Assembly (NCBI RefSeq): GCF_044704955.1
Contig: NC_091985.1
Coordinates: 152,582,001-152,646,000 of the forward strand
Length of the DNA stretch: 64,000 nt
Source: Pristiophorus japonicus
Taxonomy: Eukaryota
Reading direction: 5' to 3'
In this document: positions 38,662-51,208 of the stretch, piece by piece
Numbering within the stretch: position 1 is the stretch's first letter
Layout: each line of letters starts with the position of its first letter
Made by a program: the position numbers and the translations under genes
Notes under the pieces: generated by a model
What the model was told of the DNA's origin: nothing
Seen by the model: only the letters and a program-made list of their open reading frames with translations
Database searches by the model: none

Positions 38662-40320
38662 TTTGTGTGTGTGGCACTCTCTCATAGCTTACCCTCACTG
38701 TACTCAGGCTGTACTCCAAAGACACAAAATCCATTCAGTCCAGGACATCCATCACTTGTGCAACAGTACTACCACAGCCTGTATTTGATCTTTGATCAAT
38801 CACCAACTACCCAGTAAAATGCCCCATCTGTTTTATCCATGGTCTGGAGCTGTGTGACCTTCTGATGACCAAAATCTGCCCGATTGCCAGGTAGTACATT
38901 ATCCTAACCCGATTAGATCCTATTTCAAGTAGATTTAGGTGCAGACATACTTACAAACTACAGAAGCAATTCACTCATTTTAAGTGCATATGATGTATTG
39001 TGGGATTCGTGCCAGAAAGCATGCCATACAACCACAGTTCTGTGGACCTTGGCCTTTGAACGCTAATCCCTCTGGTTTGTTTTGCCTGCTTTATTTGCTC
39101 TCCATGGCCATCGAGAGAACACAAAATTGGTCAAGTGTGTTGCTATATGACTTAAAAGAGCACAGCTTTTCCATGTTCTTTTCCCAATGTTAGTTTTTGG
39201 CAGATCTTTAATAAGTACTTGCACTTTAGTCCCCCAAGAAAGCGGAATACATTGCATAACCTGGATAAATAAATAATGTTTTATGCTCTGACTGATCTAA
39301 CCTACACTTAGAGCAGCTGGAGACTGTTCCAAACTTTAGTGAGGAGGTTCAAAGTAATGGGCAAAGAACCCTTAGATGGGGATTAAGCAGTACCATAGCA
39401 CAGGTTCTGGGGCTTCATCTGACACAGAAGTAGGACACTACATGTCTGTGGAGTCATTACATTTTTGTGTGCATACTCAGCACATGGATTCCCAGAACCT
39501 ATCAAATTAGACTGTGCTCCTATGGCGCATGGAGAACACAGAATAAAGATTACAGCACCAAAAGTATGCAAGGAAAATGGGATGGGGTGGAATGTAAAGA
39601 TGGTCTCTGTACCTGAAGCACTTTCCTCTTTAGTATCCTTGCCTTTTGATAGAGATTCAATCTTTATATAGCCCTCACTATATTAGTGAGGGGAAGTCAG
39701 TGTAACTAATTATAGTCTTGATTCTTAAAAGAAATGTTAACTTCGTGCGTCTGTTAGGCATTTCATAGATAGGTACATTCAAAACAATACCAATGATGTA
39801 ATGGTCATCTCTCTGAAATCATTAACTCTGGTTATGCAAAAGTTCTAACTATATTAACAAATACAGCCAAACAAGATCGATCAAGTTTTAGAAAAAATTG
39901 AAACAGGCAAATCAAAGACCTCAGTTGCTTTTACTCAATGAGGCAGACAGTGTTTAAATTGGACTAAAGGAAACTATTTCTATTTGACATGAATTAAATT
40001 GTATCTAAAAGAGTGGAACCTTTCAGAAAAAACAAATGGAACGTTTCAAGACTGCAGTACGAGTGGTAAACTTGTAAAAAGCTAAGAGCAAAAACATCAT
40101 TTTTGGCAACTGTAAAGACCAGCTATTGGTGCATTTGATTCTGAACTCAAAACAAAAGGATCTGCTGTGTCCGGTTTCTTTAGCTGTATTAACAAACAAA
40201 GCTACAGACAAACAGAATTTTCCAGATGCCAAGTTAAGACAGACATTAAGCAGGACAAGACTGACTGAAATGTTCAGCTATACAAAGAAACCTTAAACAT
40301 TGGTGTTATACAACTCTTAC

Positions 40321-40494
40321 CAGGACTCAGTTCAACAAGGTATGGCAGTTTCTCAGGAGGCAACGATGAACCATAGCTTGAACCATCATTCCTTTCTTTT
40401 CCTTTTGATAACCTCCCATCTAGCTCCTTGTGTTTCCTTGCGTTCTTTGGGATATAGTCAGGTGGGCGTTTCTTTAACTGGAAAACTAAAGTAC
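40321..40494 (-). CDS. AFDN: Afadin exon (174 nt): GTLVFQLKKRPPDYIPKNARKHKELDGRLSKGKERNDGSSYGSSLPPEKLPYLVELSP
   Basis: Within ORF 40274..40525. The PPEKLPYLVELSP motif is characteristic of afadin. Boundaries tttttttaaAG / GTaaga, phase 1-1. Confidence 0.95.
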
Positions 40495-40578
40495 CTTTAA
40501 AAAAAAAGAGTTTAAGAGAAGACAAAAGAGATTCATTAGTTAGGCGACAGTTAGAATATTAGCCAGTTGTGGTTACAA

Positions 40579-41558
40579 CAGGGGTTCTAAAACGAGGTTC
40601 TGCGAGAAGGTTTTATGGGGACCACCAAAAATAACCAGATTCTACACAACATCCTGCCCCTCACACACTCCGATTGGTTGGAGGACCCGCTTGGTCAGTG
40701 TTGGCAGGTGGAGACACAACAGGTTGAGGTCTGAAGGGAGCAGGTTAATATAGCCCAGAGGGGCACCGGTTCAGAGTTTCACCCTGGTTCAGAAAATGCA
40801 GTGTAAGTGCAAATCTTTGGGAGCAACATCAAGTGCTGGGAACTCACTGAACAAAAGGGGACAGGTCAGGGAGCATGTGTAAATGCAGGAGAAATAGTGA
40901 TTGGAAGGTATAGGGAGCTGGCCTTGACCAGAGTGCCGCACCTAGCCTTGGTATCAGAGTCGAAATCAAACATCTGAATTGTAATCGCGATCCTGAGCCA
41001 TGACCCGTAACTGTAAAATCCTAACTCAAAACACGAACGTAATCCCTAACCCCAACCCCGAACTAACATCCTAACCATAGACCCAATGTCCATCACGAAA
41101 CCCTAAAGTTTATATGTTTAATTGTATAAGTTTTCAAATCCCTCCATGGCCTCGCGCCTCCCGATCTCTATTCTCCTACAAACCTATAACTGCCCGAGAT
41201 ATCTGCGCTCCCCGAATTTTAGCCTCTTAAGCAACTCTGATTTTAATTGCTCAACCATTGGTGACCATGCCTTCAGCGACAAAGGCCCTAAACTCTGGAA
41301 TTCCCTTCCGAAACATCTCCACCTCTCTTTCCTCCTTCAAGGTGCTGCTTAAAGCCTTCCTCTTTGACCAAGCTTTTCATCGTCTGCCCCAAAATCTCCT
41401 TATGTGGCTGGATGTCAAACTTTATTTGATAACGCTCCGGTGAAGCGTCTTGGGATGTTTTGCTAAGTTAATATGAATACAATACTATATGAATACAAGT
41501 TGTGGTTGTTGTTTTGTGTTAGAGGGGAGCCTCAGAAGCAAAAAGGTTGAGCACCCTG
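40579..41558. mobile_element. Old hAT-type non-autonomous element containing an L2 3' fragment (about 41115-41515)
   Basis: Ends CAGGGGTTCTAAAAC / AAAAAGGTTGAGCACCCTG; 8-bp flanks GGTTACAA and GGTTGGAA (6 of 8 identical). Confidence 0.6.
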
Positions 41559-43196
41559 GGTTGGAAAATAGCAGGAATGAGAGACTTTGGTTAAAGTGCG
41601 AGAGACCCAAGAAACAGGGATTCTTTATATAGAAAGGGGCTGTTCAAACTTATTAGGGACTGTGATAAGGTAAATAGGATAAAATTATTTTCACTGGCCA
41701 GTGCAACAATACCAAGAGTATATTTTTAGGATTGTCACCAAGGGGCAGGTTGAGTTTTTAAAAAAAATATATAAATGCAGGGGGTTGTTAGGATATTGAA
41801 TACTCCACTAGTAACAGTGGTGGAATCAGAATCCATAAAAGATTTTAAACAATACACAGCAGAATGTATAGCATTTAACATTTGTGGAAATAAATGCTCC
41901 ACCCTAACTAGCAAAATTGTCACTATATAAATAACAATTCTGAAGTACCATGAAAATGACTGTTGAACCTAGAAGTATTCTGCATTGTTTCAATGTTCAT
42001 AATTCAGTCAACTACTGCAGCTCAAGAATTTGAAAGCTATTCCTTAAATCAGCAATGCAACCTCATTCCAACAGATGTTTTTGCTCTACATTCTCAGTTC
42101 TCAACCAGAACACAAGTTACTTGAAATGTACAGGTCAACTGGATTTTGCATAGGATATGCCAAAGAACTTGCATTTTTCTCTTAACTCAGTATTAAAGCA
42201 GTCAATATACAACTTCAGCAGACTCAACACTTCCAGAATGATGTGTGAGCATTTACAAAGGCAGATTATCACAGAGTGGAAAGAATCACTGAGATCAGCA
42301 GGTTATGCTACCACTGGAGAATCATGGAGAATTGATGCCACTTGAAATGTTTACAATACCAAAGGTATCCTTCAGTATAGGTACCATCACTCACTCTCTT
42401 CCCCACCATATGAAAGGCAATGCTTCCCGAGTAGTCAGAAGTAAACTAACACAGGCTAAGGGCCAACGTGGAAGTTCTAACCAGTGGCAACAAATTATTT
42501 TCAATCCGAAGTAACAATCTGGGTCAGCTGGTCAGGTGCTTGGTTTACAGAGTGGATTTCTATTCAAAAGAATGAAGACTCCACTAAGTAAGCAACCTCT
42601 CTACATACCACCCCAGACCCCCCCCCACCCCCAAGATCCTATCCAAGTATCATTGCTTCCCCATCACAGGAAGGAGGAAAAATATTAAGCAACTTCTAAC
42701 AAGACCATCGAGTCCACAATTACTAAAAAGACAGAAAAAGTAATGCTTAATAAATGAAAAAGGATTGTTCTAAGCTGCAGCTTCAAAGATATCAACTAAC
42801 TTTTTGGAGTTAATCCAACAGCAATGAAACTTCCCAGATTGATTTTTTTTCTGCCAATTGACTCTAAAGGATGCTCTCCATCCAGCTACAGACCTGTGTA
42901 AAGCATTGCCATAAAGATGAAGATAGCAAGAAGTGATGTCTTGCAAAAAACACTGTATTCCAGAATCCACAACCAAAGATCCAGACCCTGCTCAAAACAT
43001 ACTGTTTGTCAGAGCCAGATGCTACAGTACAAGGAACAAAATTGAGAATCTCAAACTCTTTCAACCACTAAATTCTTACATTTATAAAGCATTTTATTAC
43101 ATCTCTCAAGCGTTCCATAACACCAAGTAGAATTACTTTGAAATGCAGTCATCATTGTTCAGCCATTTTACGCACAAGATCAGGTAAATCACAATA

Positions 43197-43553
43197 CAGG
43201 TGCAGCATCGAGAATCCAGAGTTCCGGAATCCGGGACGATCGATGGCAGAGTCACCCGGAATCCATAAAATGTTCCGGAATCTGGACCAGACGACCCTGG
43301 GGCCCCCCCGCCGCTGCCCGGCCTTGGGCCTCGCCCGCCACCGGCGACCTCCCCGGTGGGGCTGGATGACCCAAACAGTTCCTCGGAGGGAATCCCCCCC
43401 CCCACCCCCCGCTTTTATGACGTTCCGAAATCCGGAAATACCCAAACCTGGGCTCGGATGTTTCCGGATTCGTAATGTCAGAAACAAATCTTAATTCCAG
43501 AAAAGCCAGGAATTCGGAACAGCCTCGTTTACGGAATTTAGGCACTGCACCTG
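43197..43553. mobile_element. Tc1/mariner (pogo/Tigger-like) MITE
   Basis: TA-CAGGTGCAG ... CTGCACCTG-TA; repeated TCCGGAA/TTCCGGA motifs inside. Confidence 0.75.
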
Positions 43554-43574
43554 TACAACAATTGACCAATGTGT

Positions 43575-44300
43575 TTTGGTGGTGGCCTCCCATTATTTAT
43601 CGGGGACTTGGCCTGGAGGATGGTGCACGGAGCAGTCCTGTGCAATAAATTTTTAAGCCGGTTCACGGGCTCCCAGGCCGCCTGCAATTTCTGCAGTCTG
43701 GAGGAGTCCGTGTTCATGTTTTTACTGAATGTGCGAGGTTGCAGCCCCTGTTCCAATATTTAAAAGGGGCTGCTCCTCAATTTCTGGTTGCACTTCAGTC
43801 CCACACTCCTGATCTTTGGGCACCCTGTGCGGAGGGGAGCGGGTAGGTCCGAGGGCCTCCTCGTAGGACTGCTCCTGGGCACGGCCAAGGGTGCCATCAG
43901 CCGGTCCAGGCAGCGGGCGGTCAAGGGGGTCGTTCAGCCTGACTGCCTGCCTCTCTTCCGCACGTACATCCGGGCCAGGGTGTCCCTAGAGATGGAGCAC
44001 GCGGTGTCCACCGGTACGCTCGCGGCCTTCCGCGAGAGGTGGGCGCCGGAGGGACTGGAGTGCATCATCACCCCAGGCAACCAAATTTTAATTTGATATT
44101 ATGTTTTAAAGTTTAATTTGTTTTAATTGCCGGGGTTTTAGTGTCCCCCTCCACTTTTATAGGGGGCAATTGTAAAATATTGAATTTTAATGCCCTAAAA
44201 AAACACAAAAAAAAAGAGGCTGTTATAAGTGTCTGGAGTGTCCCCCAGATCGGGGGGCACTCGATCTAATGTTGATTTGTTTACTCTAAAAGAGTTGTTT
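43575..44300 (+). mobile_element. Tx1-clade (L1-like) LINE 3' end
   Basis: ORFs 43569..43763 (WRMVHGAV...CNFC zinc-finger-like region) and 43788..44096, followed by an A-rich 3' UTR. Confidence 0.7.
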
Positions 44301-44521
44301 TGGTGGTGGTGGTTAAAGAAGGAATTCTGACCAGAAATGCAGGAGCTCAAGTTCCCTGCTTTTAATAGTGCCATGTCCAGTTCAATGTTCACCTGAGCAG
44401 GCAGATGATGTCTCACAATAACATCTCACCATTACACAAAGAATTGAGAGCCCATCCTAATTCTCCACTTCACCTGAACACAGCACTTGGTCTTAATTTC
44501 ACCCCATCGCCCCCCTGCCCC

Positions 44522-44610
44522 CAAGATCAGATCAGCCATGATTTTATTGAATGGCGGAACAGGCTCGAGGGGCCAAATGGCCTACCCCTGCTCCTATTTC
44601 TTATGATCTT
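44522..44610 (+). mobile_element. Isolated CR1 3' tail abutting an afadin splice donor
   Basis: agatcagccatg...ggccaaatggcctacccctgctcctatttcttatgatctt ends a few nt from the GT at 44616-44617. Confidence 0.8.
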
Positions 44611-44617
44611 ATCTCAC

Positions 44618-44729
44618 CTTTGTCACTTGGCCAGTCTCTGAAAATCTGGAGAGGACATTCATCATCGTCAAGTAGAGCCTCTTTAGCACCTTTGTCATCA
44701 GAGTGTTGTGCACCAGGTGGTAATACTAC
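44618..44729 (-). CDS. AFDN: Afadin exon (112 nt): VVLPPGAQHSDDKGAKEALLDDDECPLQIFRDWPSDK
   Basis: Hand translation. Boundaries ttctttcttAG / GTgaga. Phase 0 in, phase 1 out, consistent with neighbouring exons. Confidence 0.95.
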
Positions 44730-45033
44730 CTAAGAAAGAAAATATTGGCAAACAAAAAAATCAATTTCCCTAGTTGGTATTCAGCTTTTCCCACAATTAA
44801 AAAAAAGGTCCAAACAAAATTTGTACTCTCCAACTTTAATTTTAGACTGTACATTTAATACCCGAGAAAGGAAAGAGTAGGAAAGAGAAAAGGAAAGTAG
44901 GAATGTAGAGAATTTTTTCGCGTCTTTCACATCCACAGGACATCCCAAAGCATTTCACAGCCAATGAATTACTTTCTGAAGTATAGGCACTATGCTAATA
45001 TAGACAAACACAGCAACCAATCTGCACAGCAAT

Positions 45034-45502
45034 AAGAAAGAAAGACTTGGATTTATATAGCGCCATTCACGACCACCAGACATCTCAAAGCATTTTACAG
45101 CCAATGAAGTACTTTTGGAGTGTAGTCACTGTTATAATGTGGGAAACACGGTAACCAATTTGCGCACATGCACACTCCCACAAACAGCAATGTGATAATG
45201 ACCAGATAATCTGTTTTTATTATGTTGATTGAGGGATAAATATTGGCCAGGACACTGGGATAACCCCACTACTCTTCTTCTAAATAGTGCCATGGGATCT
45301 TTTACGTCCACCTGAGAGAGCAGATGGTGCCTTGGTTTAACTTCTCATCCGAAAGACGGCACCCCCGACAGTGCAGTACTCCCCCAGCACTGCACTAGAG
45401 TGTCAGCCTAGATTTATATGCTCAAGTCCCTGGAGTGGGACTTGAACCTACAACTTTCTAACTCTGAGGCGAGTATGCTACCCACTGAGCCACAGCTGAC
45501 AC
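45034..45502 (-). mobile_element. Full-length tRNA-derived SINE (Deu-domain type)
   Basis: Minus strand: A box TGGCTCAGTGG, B box GGTTCAAGTCC, central gcactgtcgg..gtgccgtctttcggatgag..gttaaacc, (TTTC)n tail. Confidence 0.8.
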
Positions 45503-47564
45503 TTTACAGCATAGAAACAAGCCATTCTGCCCAACTAGTCCTTGATGGCGTTTATGCTCCTCTCGAGCCTCCTCCCACCTTTCCTCATCTAACTATCAGC
45601 ATAACCCTCTATGCCCTTCTCCCTCATTATGCTTATCCAGCTTCCCCTTAAATGCATCTATACTATTCGCCTCAACTACTCCCTGGGGTAGCGAGTTCCA
45701 CATTCTCACGACTCTCCAAAGGGATCCCTATTCGGGCATAAAATGCTTGAAATATACACTATGGAATGGAACAAATCATAAAACTTTGCACAATAACACT
45801 TTACAAGGAACTGAACATTTTCAGAGTGAGGATCATGAAAGTGCCCTATTGCTATTCTAAAGCGTCCATTAGAATAGTCAATTAGATTTGTGTTCAAATA
45901 TTAACTGTGAATTCATACATATCTGGAAATGTTGGTTAAGAGCAAAAGCTGACAAATTTTATAACTATAGGGGGGAAAAAGTTTAAGCCATAGGAGCATG
46001 GCAAATGCATCTTTTATGGTTACAATGAACCATGTAATGCTAACTTCTCAACCTAGGTCACGTTCCTGTTCTAACATTAGACCAGCAGCTCTTTGTATTA
46101 AAACAAATACATTGGAACTGGCTGGGGACAGCCACTTTCCAATCACGTGAAGTAAATTTTACAACAAAAAAAAGTGACTCTTAAAAGACAACTGGAACTT
46201 AGGTGGGAGGCAGTGGTTGGACAAGTGCTGTCACAAGCAAACACCTCCAATATAGGAATCACACAATGATTTCAACATCTCAAGAACCAGAACTGCAAAC
46301 CAGGTTACAAGTACTGCTGCGTACAAACACTGCGTCAAAACAAGTTTCTGGTAGCAATCTTGCCTCAGAATCAGAAGGTTTCAAATGTGATCAACTACCA
46401 AATATATTTGAGCAGTGTAAAAAGGACCCCAAACTATTGAAGACAGACTTTCTAGAAAGTAATCAGCAGCATTCAATTGAAACAAGGGCCTCCTAGTCAG
46501 AAGGACGGTGCGAAGATTGTAGCCATCAAGCTGGTAATACTAACATTAAATTTCAATAAATCTGATTGTTAGGAAAAGCACTATATATGGATGGCAAACA
46601 AATGAGCATTCATAGTGGTACACATTCATCTAGAAGCAACTTTTAATTCACTCAAGAATGAGGTAAAGTGAACTACCATCCAATCATTAAATAAATCACT
46701 TGGTGGAAGGAATAATGTTGCAAATGGGATAAGCACCCTCCAGAGGATTGGATATTAACGAGTGTATAGATTAGAAAAATACGTCATCCTGCTGAAAGCC
46801 ACCTGGGTGAAGAACCATCAAGCTAGAACCATGAAAGGTTGCGGCCTATAGCAGCACAAGCTATTGCTCATGGTGAAGTATTAAGCGGATAAGAAACTCT
46901 TGAGGCAAAAGATGCATTTCAAGTTCTGCTAATAACCTCGATGTATAATACAGGCTGTACAAACTTTAAATGAGATGAGTCTGTGCAATGCTCTTGGGGG
47001 AACTTTAGAACATGCAATTCAATTGCTACAACACTAATTAAGCGTCTTTCTTCTTAACTAGTACCCTGCTGAAGAGTCTAAATTTAAAATGTAAAATATA
47101 AAATTAGATATTCACAATGATCTACTTGGATTCAAGTCCTGCGGATTAATTTTGATAATCAAATCCATTATTAAATGATTGATCTCAATATATTAACCCA
47201 TTAAAATATTACAACTTAATTCTGGCAGTGGTTTTTTTTTTTTACACAGCAATAAATTAGTCACACAATGAAACTCAACTCATTTCCCCCTCCTGCTGCC
47301 CAATTCAGCATGAATGGCCCTGTATGTACACTGTTCTACACCATGGCTCAACAAAACACACCAGTTTATTTTATTATATACTACCAAACCACCCATGGCA
47401 GTGCTCATGGGGAATTGGCAAATATACTATTTTATACCATGTAGCCAACAAGATATAAAGTAAGAATGGCTTCTCTGATAGCAATATTGGGGGCTTCGGT
47501 GCTTTAGGGCGGATTGGGGTCTTATGACATCAAGTGGTTGGGGTTCAGGTGGGAGGAGGCAACG

Positions 47565-48503
47565 TGGGGGGTGGGGGGGGGGGAAGGGGGAAGGGTGAGG
47601 GAAAGAGAGAGAGGGGGGGGGTGAGGGAAAGAGAGAGAGGGGGGGGGTGAGGGAAAGAGAGAGAGGGGGGGGTGAGGGAAAGAGAGAGAGGGGGGGGGTG
47701 AGGGAAAGAGAGAGAGGGGGGGGGGTGAGGGAAAGAGAGAGAGGGGGGGGTGAGGGAAAGAGAGAGAGGGGGGGGTGAGGGAAAGAGAGAGAGGGGGGGG
47801 TGAGGGAAAGAGAGAGAGGGGGGGTGAGGGAAAGAGAGAGAGGGGGGGGGTGAGGGAAAGAGAGAGAGGGGGGGGGGGTGAGGGAAAGAGAGAGAGGGGG
47901 GGGGTGAGGGAAAGAGAGAGAGGGGGGGGTGAGGGAAAGAGAGAGAGGGGGGGTGAGGGAAAGAGAGAGAGAGGTGAGGGAAAGAGAGGGGGGTGAGGGA
48001 AAGAGAGGGGGGTGAGGGAAAGAGAGGGGGGTGAGGGAAAGAGAGGGGGGTGAGGGAAAGAGAGGGGGGTGAGGGAAAGAGAGGGGGGTGAGGGAAAGAG
48101 AGGGGGGTGAGGGAAAGAGAGGGGGGTGAGGGAAAGAGAGGGGGGTGAGGGAAAGAGAGGGGGGTGAGGGAAAGAGAGGGGGGTGAGGGAAAGAGAGGGG
48201 GGTGAGGGAAAGAGAGGGGGGTGAGGGAAAGAGAGGGGGGTGAGGGAAAGAGGGGGGGGTGAGGGAAAGAGGGGGGGGTGAGGGAAAGAGGGGGGGTGAG
48301 GGAAAGAGGGGGGGAGAAGAAGAAGGGGGGGGAGAAGAAGAGGGGGGGGGGAGAAGAAGAGGGGGGGGAGGAGAAGAGGGGGGGGGAGGAGAAGAGGGGG
48401 GGGGGAGGAGAAGAGGGGGGGGGGAGGAGAAGAGGGGGGGGGGGGGGGAAAGAGAAAGAAGAGAGAAAAAAGAAAAAGGAGAGAGAGAGAGAGAGAGAGA
48501 GAG
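47565..48503 (+). repeat. Polypurine minisatellite (GTGAGGGAAAGAGAG..GGGGG)n grading into GGAGAAGAG and (GA)n
   Basis: Directly visible; source of the low-complexity ORFs at 47427-48796. Confidence 0.95.
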
Positions 48504-49125
48504 ATTTGCCGACATTGATTCCAGAATGTGCAGATTTGAAGGATACAATTTTCAGGAATAACTGGTTGAAGAATCTCATTACTGGACAGTGCAAATATAT
48601 AACACAGGTTAAGAGTCTTATAGGCCCCAAGTTTCGTGCCGCGGCAAAAACGGTGGGCGCCTGTTTTTCGCGCCGAAAACTGCGCCTAAAAAAAAAAAGT
48701 CCGATATTCTTGAGCTCCTTGGAGCTCGATGTCTGCTTGGCGTGGCGCGCTCTTCGCAGCAGGGGGCGGAGCCTAACTCTCGCGCCGATTTTCTAAGTAG
48801 CAGGGGGCGGGTACAATTTAAATTAGCCTTCGTGGTGCTGGCAACCCCGCGCAGTCTCACACAAACATTGGCACTCGACCATTTTTAAAAATACTGCAGA
48901 AAAAGTGAAGATTTGTTTCTTGGACCCCTGCAAAGGCTTGTAATTTAATTTGTTTTGATATTTCTGTGTGAGGGAGTGCTTTTAGCAGCACTGTTGAATA
49001 AATCACCTGCTGAAATCAGTGAGTTCAGCTTTTCACTGCTAAACTTGCAGAACCAGTGCTGCATTGGTGCATGCAAATTAAGGACTGTGTGTTTTGAGAA
49101 ATAAGAATGCCAATTCAACTTTGCA

Positions 49126-50702
49126 ATGGATCAACGTCCACCAAGAACCAAGAATTTCTTGCGTGAGGAAGTGGAGATATTAGTCAACGTAATTGAGCAG
49201 AGATGGCAGGAGCTAGATATCAGCAACAGAGGTCGCATAAAAGTGCCACCAAAAGAAAAGAAGAAACGCTGGAACCACGTTGCAGAAGATTACTGCGCAG
49301 TGGTACATACCAGGAGATCTGGAAGTCAGTGTAAAAAGAAATGGCATGACCTTGGTCAAGTAGTTAGTGTAAGTAATATTTCCCATTTTTAATTTAATCG
49401 TAATTGTAACCTGGCTATCTGTATGTCCCACCTTGCAGACTGACACACTCTGTAAAAAGTTATATTTTACTCTTTGCAGAAGAAATTGGCCCACAACAAA
49501 AGGGAGGCAACTCGGACAGAAGGAGGCGTGCCCAATCTGCATCCACTGATACCCTTGGAACAAAGGGTAGCTGCTATGATGAGTCGTACATGGAGAAAAG
49601 CAATCGGTACAGCACAAGCTGGGCCCGCACGCGAGGAAGAGGGCAAGTCCTGAAAATGCATCATGGCCCTTTAAATCAACCTGCTGCCTGGCCTGCTATG
49701 TGTGAGAGTACTCATGCCATCCACCCGGCCCCCTCTCTTGCTGTTAAGCATTTGACTGTTCTGATGTATTTTGCAGAACATGATGATGATAATGACGATG
49801 ATGATGACGATGACGATGCTGCTGCTGCCAACCCTGAGGATCCTGAGGGTACAGAACAAGAACCAGTACAACCAGCTGCGGACGATCCAGACTGGATGAT
49901 GGCAGCGATGACTGAAATGTCTGCAGGGGAGAGCTTCCAATTTAATGTTTATGAGCCCCCATCAAGGGGCATCAGAGTTTCAACCCCTAGCATAGGTCTT
50001 GGTTCCACCTTCCATGGTTTCGCTTCCGATGTTGCGGGTCCCAGTGGTGCTGCTGGTATAATGCAGCATTCTACAGTCAGTGCACTACCGTCCGAGCCTG
50101 CACCTCCCTCTCGCATAGGTTCTGGTTCCACCTACTATGGTTTTGATTCCGACGCTTCGGGTCCCAGTATTGCTGCTAATATCATGGAGCAGTTTACACC
50201 CATTTGTCCAACATCCCAGCCCACGGCTCGCACTCGAGTGCTGTCGTCTGGAACACCGAGCGCCCCACAGTCCCAGCCCATGCCTCCCTGTGTAGTGGTG
50301 CCGCTTGCAACACCGAGCATCCCACCGTCTGTGCTCGCGCCTCCCAGTGTAGTGGTGCCACAAGGCAGACCCAGGCAGAGGAGGAGATTGGAGACACGCT
50401 CTCCTGAGATGCAGCGTGCAACAGATGCGACTCAGGTTGTGGCATTGGGTATGGAGACCAATGAGCTTACCCGATCACTCATCGGTGGCGTCAGTGCAGT
50501 AGGTGAAGAGTTGACGGTCCTGACGGGAGAAATAGCAGTAATGACACGGGAACTTAGGGAGGGAATGTCCGAGGGAGTGCAATCGACGGCACAGGCCGTT
50601 AGGGAGGGCATGCAAATTACAGCACAGGCAGTCAGGGAGGGCCTGGTTGAGGTAGCTGCTGCAAGGGCACACAGCCCAGCCAATCAAATGCCACCCCCAT
50701 GA
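49126..50702 (+). CDS. Harbinger Myb/SANT-like DNA-binding protein; exons 49126-49368, 49480-49642 and 49777-50702; 443 aa
   Basis: NF..EEVEILV...W..VA...R...QCKKKW.DL trihelix/SANT motif. Intron 1 GTAAGT..tttgcAG; intron 2 GCAAGT..tttgcAG. The spliced product is 1332 nt with no internal stop. Confidence 0.82.
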
Positions 50703-51208
50703 GGAAGTGAACATTCACTGAGATATGGATGAGACATGGTTGCAGCCTTTCTTTGCTGCTTTTGTTCTTGTTCTTGATGTAGCGTTTTTCAAATTGAAAT
50801 TGTTTTGTAAGTTTTGTAACTTTACAACTTATAAGGGATCTTATGGTTTTTAAGTGATCTTATAGTGTAAATGCTCTCACATTTTTTTGTATCTTATTTA
50901 ATTTTGCACCTAAAAAGTGATCCTGAAGTTTAAGTGTTCTTCAGAGTGTAAGATTTTTCACAATGAAACTGTTTTGTAAGTTTTGTAACTTTACAACATA
51001 AGTGATCTTAAAGTTTTTAAGTGATCTTCAAGAGTCATATTAAAAAGTATAGTTTGATACAACAAATATTTTATTAGAGTGACGTTAACTTTTCAATAAA
51101 ATATTTTTTCATTAGAACTGTTTCATGTTCCATTAACACAACACAACGTCGGAACAACTGCAAAGAATAAACATGTCCATATGCAAGTGGTCGTAGAGCC
51201 CTCAGGCA

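Noticed and set aside
45425-45502. tRNA gene
   Set aside because: A/B boxes belong to a SINE head continuous with the SINE body and tail.
47427-48796. ORFs of 100-373 aa (Pro/Ser/Leu or Gly/Glu/Arg rich)
   Set aside because: Translations of a simple purine minisatellite.
49590-49776. N-terminus of the 370-aa ORF as a standalone protein
   Set aside because: Better explained as out-of-frame exon 2 plus intron 2 read-through; only 49777-50702 fits the spliced Myb gene.
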